A DNA stretch of 12,688 nt from a virus: UHGV virus genome UHGV-0208284. The stretch is one strand, 5' to 3'. The position numbers and the translations under genes were made by a program. The notes under the pieces were generated by a model. It saw nothing but the letters and a program-made list of their open reading frames with translations. It made no database searches and was not told where the DNA came from. Shown here piece after piece: positions 8,235 to 12,688 of this stretch (positions are counted from its first letter, which is position 1; each line of letters opens with the position of its first letter).

Positions 8235-8797
8235 TGGAACCATTGATGATGGGAACCTGGCATCGGGCAGTGATTGACAGTCTGAAACAAATTCCCTGGG
8301 TGGAAGATGCCGATGACTACCCGGAAAAAGTGACGCAACTGGTGACGCCTGCCGTGTTTGTGGATGTACCCGGCTGGGACAAGGCTCAGTTTGCCGACGG
8401 GCAGACACGGGTCACGCTGAAATGCGATCTGTTTGTGGTGACTGATCGGGCCGGAAAGACGGAAAACGTGCCAAAACCGCAGATATTTGCCCGCTGTCTG
8501 GCAATGGATTTATCTGACTGGATTGATGGAGCCACGTTCGGGCTGGATAACGTTGACCCGGCGGTTTTTATCGATGCTGAGGTGGATACCTTCGACCGAC
8601 TGCTGGACGACTACATCGTTTTCCGTGTCTCTTTTGAACAGGACATTCCGGTCGGCGAAGATCCGTTTGCAGTTCCGGCAGGTGCGCCGTTACAGGAAGT
8701 CTGGCTGGGTAAAGTACCGGAAACCGGTAAAAAGCATGTGCAGAATTATCGTCTTATCTGGAAAGCGGAGGGCACCGGTGATGAGTCTGGCGGATGA
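8234..8797 (+). CDS. Hypothetical phage structural protein (possible tail-completion or neck protein)
   Basis: 187-aa ORF with ATG overlapping the upstream stop (TGATG) and GGAG 4 nt upstream. It is acidic and lies immediately upstream of baseplate V. Family not recognised. Confidence 0.5.
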   Translation: MEPLMMGTWHRAVIDSLKQIPWVEDADDYPEKVTQLVTPAVFVDVPGWDKAQFADGQTRVTLKCDLFVVTDRAGKTENVPKPQIFARCLAMDLSDWIDGATFGLDNVDPAVFIDAEVDTFDRLLDDYIVFRVSFEQDIPVGEDPFAVPAGAPLQEVWLGKVPETGKKHVQNYRLIWKAEGTGDESGG

Positions 8798-9404
8798 AGT
8801 GGCAGAGTTACGCCGCAGGGTGGCGGATATGGTCCGACGCGGCGTGGTGGAGGAGGTGATCCCGGGTAGCCCGGTGATGGTCCGGGTGGATATCGGGGAT
8901 GTGCTTTCACCGCCGTTGCCCTGGATTCAGGTGCAGTCCGGGCGTTACATGCAGGTCAGTAATTACCCGGCACCCGGAGATGCGGTCACGGTGATATCGG
9001 AGGCAGGTGATCTGCGTAATGGTCGGGTGTATCCGGGGGCCAACATTGACGCGATTCCGGTACCGGCGGGCAGTGAACACGAGCATGTTATTTTGTTTGA
9101 TACCGGAACGGAGATCCGTTACGACCGCCAGGCTAATGCCCTGTCCATCACGCTGGCTGAAGGCGGCAGCTATAAAATCACCGGCAGGGGAACGCTTGAC
9201 GGTCCGGTGGAAATCACGGATACCCTGACTGTGCAGGGAAAAACGAAGATTAATGCCGATACGCAGGTTCTGGGCAATATCGGTGCCTCACAGGAGATCA
9301 CCGACAAAACCGGTAGCATGAGTAAAATCCGCGAAATTTATAATACTCATGATCACCCAGGCGACAGCGGGGGAACCACCCGTAAACCTAACCAGGAAAT
9401 GTGA
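8781..9404 (+). CDS. Baseplate assembly/spike protein (P2 gpV-like)
   Basis: 207-aa ORF with a GGAGGG ribosome-binding site 7 nt upstream of the ATG. The C-terminal motif HDHPGDSGGTT (nt about 9349-9381) matches the conserved C-terminal motif of P2 gpV-family spikes as I recall it, and the size matches. The ORF track extends this frame upstream to 8487, but that part overlaps the previous gene and is probably not translated. Confidence 0.85.
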   Translation: MSLADEVAELRRRVADMVRRGVVEEVIPGSPVMVRVDIGDVLSPPLPWIQVQSGRYMQVSNYPAPGDAVTVISEAGDLRNGRVYPGANIDAIPVPAGSEHEHVILFDTGTEIRYDRQANALSITLAEGGSYKITGRGTLDGPVEITDTLTVQGKTKINADTQVLGNIGASQEITDKTGSMSKIREIYNTHDHPGDSGGTTRKPNQEM

Positions 9405-9405
9405 A

Positions 9406-9427
9406 CGCCGCACCGGCGTTTTTTTTT
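9406..9427 (+). terminator. Weak terminator-like hairpin plus T9 tract between baseplate V and W
   Basis: Stem cgccg (9406-9410), loop cac, stem cggcg (9414-9418), then nine T residues (9419-9427). The 5-bp stem is short, so at most a partial terminator or attenuator. Confidence 0.35.
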
Positions 9428-9439
9428 CGGAAAAATTTC

Positions 9440-9796
9440 ATGATTGGTATTGATTCCGCCACTGGCAGATATCTGCACGGTAACGAACATCTGCGTCAGT
9501 CCGTCACCGATATTTTATCAACACCGGTCGGCAGCCGGGTACTTCTCAGGGAATACGGCAGTAGGTTGTTCAGTCTGCTTGATAACCCGCAGGATGATTT
9601 TACGCGGGTGAGGATTGTCCGTGAAACGGCAACCGCCCTTGAACGCTGGGAACCCCGCCTGACCCTCCGGCGGGTGGAGGTGACGTGGACAGGAGAAGGA
9701 AGCGCCTGGCTGACGCTTGTCGGGGTGAACAACGAAACACAGGAAACGATTCGACTCGAGGAGATAAAAATTGGCAGCATCTCAGGCAATCATTGA
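9440..9796 (+). CDS. Baseplate protein (P2 gpW-like, gp25 family)
   Basis: 118-aa ORF. The motif STPVGSRVLLREYGS and an overall pattern (ALERWEPRLTL ... V) resemble P2 W / T4 gp25-like baseplate wedge proteins. The start is taken as ATG 9440; an alternative GTG at 9401 would overlap the V stop and place the hairpin/T9 inside the coding sequence. Confidence 0.8.
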   Translation: MIGIDSATGRYLHGNEHLRQSVTDILSTPVGSRVLLREYGSRLFSLLDNPQDDFTRVRIVRETATALERWEPRLTLRRVEVTWTGEGSAWLTLVGVNNETQETIRLEEIKIGSISGNH

Positions 9797-10685
9797 TCTG
9801 TCCGCGATACCTGTACCGGATGCGGTGGAGGTGCCGGACACCGCTGTACTGGTCACTCAGATAGTGGCGAAATATCAGGAACTGGACACGTTGTTTTCGG
9901 CCCTGGTGGAATCCGATCCGGCGTATAAATGGGCAGAGGCACTGGCTTTTCGGGTGGCGCTGATGCGCCAGCAGGTCAATGATGCTGTCCGGGCTGTACT
10001 GCTTGCCAGTGCCCGCAGGAACGATCTGGATCAGATTGGTGCGAATTTTCAGGTGCAACGTCTGGTGATTACCCCGGCAGATGACAGCACTATCCCGCCC
10101 ACGCCTGCGGTGTATGAAGATGATGACGCTTTTCGCGAACGTATTCAGTTGTCATGGGCACGACTCAGCACCGCAGGCGCGAGAAACGCATACCACTATT
10201 TTGCACAGAGTGCCGATCCTGATGTGCTGGATGTGAAAGCCTACGGACCGGAAACGCATTCACAGGAAGGGCGTGTTTTTCTTTATGTGTTAGCGCGTAC
10301 AGGAAATGGTACGGCATCACAACCTCTGCTGGATAAGGTGGCGGCGTCAGTCAATGATGATGAAATTCGACCCCTGACGGATTTTGTCAGCGTCCGTGCG
10401 GCAGAAATTATTCCCTACGATGTGGTGGCGGATATCCATATTCCCTACGGGCTGGATGGTGAACTGGTGATGAAAAATGCCCGCCAGGCGCTGCAGACCT
10501 ACACTGACAGTGTGCACCGGATTGGCTCTGTGGCGTCCTGCTCAGGTATGGACGGAGCCCTGCATCAGACGGGGGTGATTACGGTGGCACTGAAATCGCC
10601 GGCCAGTGATATTGTTCCGGCGATGGGGCAGGCTCCATGGTGTCGCTCAGTCACACTGAACAAGGTGGAGACAACCGATGAATGA
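9771..10685 (+). CDS. Baseplate protein (P2 gpJ-like)
   Basis: 304-aa ORF. IIDLSAIPVPDAV near the N-terminus and NDLDQIGANFQVQRLVITPADDSTIPPTPAV (nt about 10020-10113) closely parallel P2 J as I recall it. The apparent start is TTG 9771 with a GAGGAG ribosome-binding site 8 nt upstream; it overlaps the W-like gene by 26 nt. The first in-frame ATG is about 65 codons downstream, beyond the conserved N-terminus. Confidence 0.85.
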   Translation: MAASQAIIDLSAIPVPDAVEVPDTAVLVTQIVAKYQELDTLFSALVESDPAYKWAEALAFRVALMRQQVNDAVRAVLLASARRNDLDQIGANFQVQRLVITPADDSTIPPTPAVYEDDDAFRERIQLSWARLSTAGARNAYHYFAQSADPDVLDVKAYGPETHSQEGRVFLYVLARTGNGTASQPLLDKVAASVNDDEIRPLTDFVSVRAAEIIPYDVVADIHIPYGLDGELVMKNARQALQTYTDSVHRIGSVASCSGMDGALHQTGVITVALKSPASDIVPAMGQAPWCRSVTLNKVETTDE

Positions 10686-12688
10686 CAAAATCAGAAGCAT
10701 ACTACCGGTCAGCGCCACCCGGGCAGAGCGGGTGGTGGACAGTACTGCCGGTGATATGCTGGCGGAAATCGCGGTCTGTCTGATCCGGTATGTCAAAAAT
10801 CCCGATTTATGTCCTGCTGAATTGCTGCCATGGCTGGCCTGGGAAATGTCGGTGGATACCTGGAACGAACACTGGACAGAGGCGGAAAAAAGGGCGGCAA
10901 TAAAGCGTGCTGCCTATATCCATCGTCACAGGGGAACAAAAGCCGCACTGAATGAATCCCTGGCAGACAGTCCGTTCCGGTCGCAGATTGTGGAGTGGTA
11001 TGAGCAGACGCCACCGGGAGATCCCTATACCTTCCGGCTGAATGTGGAGCAGAAGGACCTGCCGGTTCTGATAAACGACCACCAGGATTTGAAACATGCC
11101 GTATTACGGGCAAAAAATCTGCGCAGCTGGTTCAGTGTTCATATTTACGGAAGTAGTCGCGGAAATGGCTTTGGTTATGGTTATGTCACCGCGACGGAAA
11201 AACTGAAAAACAGGATACTGCCGTCAGAAATACAGCTGATACCAGATAATCTGCGACTGATCCCCGGAGAAGAGGTGTCTGTAAAGGTGACGGTGCTTCC
11301 CCTGATTGCAGATGATCGTTCGTTTACGGTACAGATCGAAGATGAAGGCGTGGCGGCAATCAGTATTTCTGGCGATATTATTACTCTGACAGGGAAGCGG
11401 TTTGGTCACACCACTGTAATTGTTTCAACGGTGAATGGTGTGATTGCCAGACTGCCCGTAAATGTTGTGTCTGTTGTTCAGGTTATTGTTCGTGCTGATA
11501 ATGTCAGCAGACCTCTGTTTTTTACAGACGCTCAGGATAATGACTTCACCATTGATTATGGTGATGGAGTGGACTGCAGGGATTATGTCATTGAAGCAGG
11601 TATGGTTAAAACCACCCGGGAATTACCTGTCGGGGAAGAAATTACGCTGACGATTAAAGGTGCTGAAAGTGTGACATTCTACTCATCATCAGCATTAAAC
11701 AGACCCAACCCATTACTGGAGATTATCAGGGTCAGTGGCACCAGAAGATATATGTCGCAGTTTGCAAATTTGCAGAATACATTACGAAAAATTCATGCAG
11801 GTGCTTTTGATAATTTGCCTCGTGCACTTTCATTCTCAGGGGCGTTTCGGGGATGTTCAGCATTAACTGAATTACCTGAAAACCTTTTTGCACAATGTGC
11901 AGAGGTATCTTCATGGAATGAGGTATTTTACGGATGTACTGGTCTGACAGATATTCCGGTTTTATTTGCACCTGAATCAAATGCGCGCACGCTTTCAAAG
12001 TTGTTCTACGGTTGTTCGAAAATAGTCCGGGTTCCGGAGGCGTTGTTTGCAGGTATGGATGACGCCTGGACTTTTGAGTCAGCATTTTACGGATGCAGCA
12101 AGATGGTTAATGCGCCGGCCATTCCCGCACGCAGTCTTCAGAACCTTTACATGACTTTTTCCGGTTGTAGTGAGCTGACTGAGCTTCCTGTGATATGGGG
12201 GAAAGAAAACGAAAGCCATGCGTTATCGATTAATTTGTCTTACGCATTTTACGATTGCCGGTCTCTGACTGTTATTCCTGAAAACTGGCTGGATGTTATC
12301 CGACATCGGATAGCGCATGTCAGAGGGATATTTAATAGGTGCTCCAGCATACGCAGTGTCCCCTCACGATTATTTGCCGGAGCAAATAATCTACGCACTG
12401 CTGACAATGCGTTTAATGACTGCCGCGGTATTACCCGTATCGGAGAGGGGGTGTTTGAGGGATGCCGGAGTCTGAGCGAAATAAACGATGCGTTCAGTTA
12501 CTGCAGTGCGCTTGAGACAACCGGCAACAGGATTTTTGCGGATTGTGTGTCTCTGAGGTCAGTGGCATCTGCGTTTGCCAACAGCGGTATTGTTAATGCC
12601 GGAGAAGAGCTTTTCGCTGGTTGTACATCCCTGACATTAATGGAGTCCGTTTTTGTAAACTGCCGGAAACTGGTTATGTTGCCGGACA
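10678..12688 (+). CDS. Tail protein: P2 gpI-like N-terminal domain fused to an Ig-like (Big_2-type) domain and Cys-containing LRR-like repeats; 3-prime end beyond the window
   Basis: Frame open from ATG 10678 (overlapping the J stop by 8 nt) to the window end, verified codon by codon with no stop. The N-terminal segment NPDLCPAELLPWLAWEMSVDTWNEHWTEAEKRAAIKRAAYIHRHRGT closely matches the P2 gpI N-terminus as I recall it (NPDTCPANLLPWLAWAFSVDRWDEKWPEATKRAVIRDAYFIHCHKGT). Nt about 11221-11470 encode a bacterial Ig-like pattern (VSVKVTVLPLIADDRSFTVQIEDEGVAAISISGDIITLTGKRFGHTTVIVSTVNGVIA). Nt about 11830-12688 encode at least 12 tandem degenerate repeats with consensus F-x-G/D-C-x-S/A-L-T-x-I/L-P-x-x-L-F. 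Confidence 0.85.
   Translation, partial: MNDKIRSILPVSATRAERVVDSTAGDMLAEIAVCLIRYVKNPDLCPAELLPWLAWEMSVDTWNEHWTEAEKRAAIKRAAYIHRHRGTKAALNESLADSPFRSQIVEWYEQTPPGDPYTFRLNVEQKDLPVLINDHQDLKHAVLRAKNLRSWFSVHIYGSSRGNGFGYGYVTATEKLKNRILPSEIQLIPDNLRLIPGEEVSVKVTVLPLIADDRSFTVQIEDEGVAAISISGDIITLTGKRFGHTTVIVSTVNGVIARLPVNVVSVVQVIVRADNVSRPLFFTDAQDNDFTIDYGDGVDCRDYVIEAGMVKTTRELPVGEEITLTIKGAESVTFYSSSALNRPNPLLEIIRVSGTRRYMSQFANLQNTLRKIHAGAFDNLPRALSFSGAFRGCSALTELPENLFAQCAEVSSWNEVFYGCTGLTDIPVLFAPESNARTLSKLFYGCSKIVRVPEALFAGMDDAWTFESAFYGCSKMVNAPAIPARSLQNLYMTFSGCSELTELPVIWGKENESHALSINLSYAFYDCRSLTVIPENWLDVIRHRIAHVRGIFNRCSSIRSVPSRLFAGANNLRTADNAFNDCRGITRIGEGVFEGCRSLSEINDAFSYCSALETTGNRIFADCVSLRSVASAFANSGIVNAGEELFAGCTSLTLMESVFVNCRKLVMLPD
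11830..12688 (+). repeat. Tandem degenerate coding repeats (F-x-G-C ... L-T-x-IP ... LF units) within the gpI-like fusion gene
   Basis: The protein-level period is about 23-28 residues in the first half and about 13-14 residues toward the window end. At nucleotide level the motif attttacggatg recurs (11927-11938, 12080-12091) with a near copy at 12245-12256. GC content is about 32-48 percent per 60-nt line here, against mid-50s in the head genes. Confidence 0.6.

Noticed and set aside
8487-8780. Upstream extension of the gpV-like ORF as listed in the ORF track (305 aa from 8487)
   Set aside because: The extension overlaps the preceding gene in a different frame and its translation is low-complexity. 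An ATG with GGAGGG ribosome-binding site at 8781 gives a protein of the expected gpV size.
633-9228. Alternative-frame + strand ORFs (633-899, 2072-2359, 2654-3022, 4110-4448, 5611-5907, 6460-6732, 7840-8136, 9007-9228)
   Set aside because: Out-of-frame overlaps with the main genes, with no independent start signals or motifs; treated as chance ORFs.
9401-9439. GTG 9401 as start of the gp25/W-like gene
   Set aside because: It would put the hairpin and T9 tract inside the coding sequence with a ribosome-binding site too close to the start. ATG 9440 is preferred, though the P2 W N-terminus I recall is a few residues longer, so this is not fully excluded.
10793-12085. Antisense ORFs within the gpI-like fusion gene (10793-11113, 10807-11097, 11224-11409, 11732-12085) and the + strand 62-aa ORF at 11462-11650
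   Set aside because: All overlap the long verified open frame; treated as chance ORFs with no motif support.
6816-12688. Idea that the element is tailless or a head-plus-baseplate oddity because no tube, sheath or tape-measure gene is in the window
   Set aside because: In P2-type gene order the sheath, tube and tape-measure genes lie downstream of the fibre genes, so their absence here is expected and cannot be judged without downstream sequence.
1-12688. Defence system, toxin-antitoxin, CRISPR array, integrase/att site, tRNA or moron cargo
   Set aside because: No repeat-spacer arrays, no tRNA-like structure, no opposite-strand genes and no intergenic gap large enough for cargo. Every sizeable ORF is accounted for by virion morphogenesis functions.

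Overview
The whole window reads as one co-directional (+ strand) late-gene block of a temperate tailed phage or prophage, with no gaps larger than about 50 bp after position 347. It begins with a lambda-type packaging and head module: a small terminase with an N-terminal HTH, a gpA-like large terminase, a lambda-W-like head-tail joining protein, a portal, a single 695-aa gene that fuses a ClpP-like prohead protease to a Gln-rich linker and a putative major capsid domain, a DUF2190-like small head protein and an FII-like head-tail attachment protein. Two proteins of unrecognised family follow, and then a P2-type baseplate module in the P2 order V, W (gp25-like), J, I. The last gene is the most unusual: a clearly gpI-like N-terminus continues in frame into an Ig-like domain and a run of Cys-containing leucine-rich-repeat-like units of lower GC, still open at the window edge. 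This looks like a swapped-in receptor-binding module and is my best candidate for something not previously described. I found no tRNA, rRNA, CRISPR array, integrase, transposase, lysis gene or obvious defence or toxin cargo. Candidate non-coding elements are an AT-rich repeat-bearing region upstream of the terminase (possible cos/packaging site), a strong intrinsic terminator just after the capsid gene, and a weak hairpin plus T9 tract between baseplate V and W. All family assignments rest on motif recognition and recalled similarity, not on any database search.
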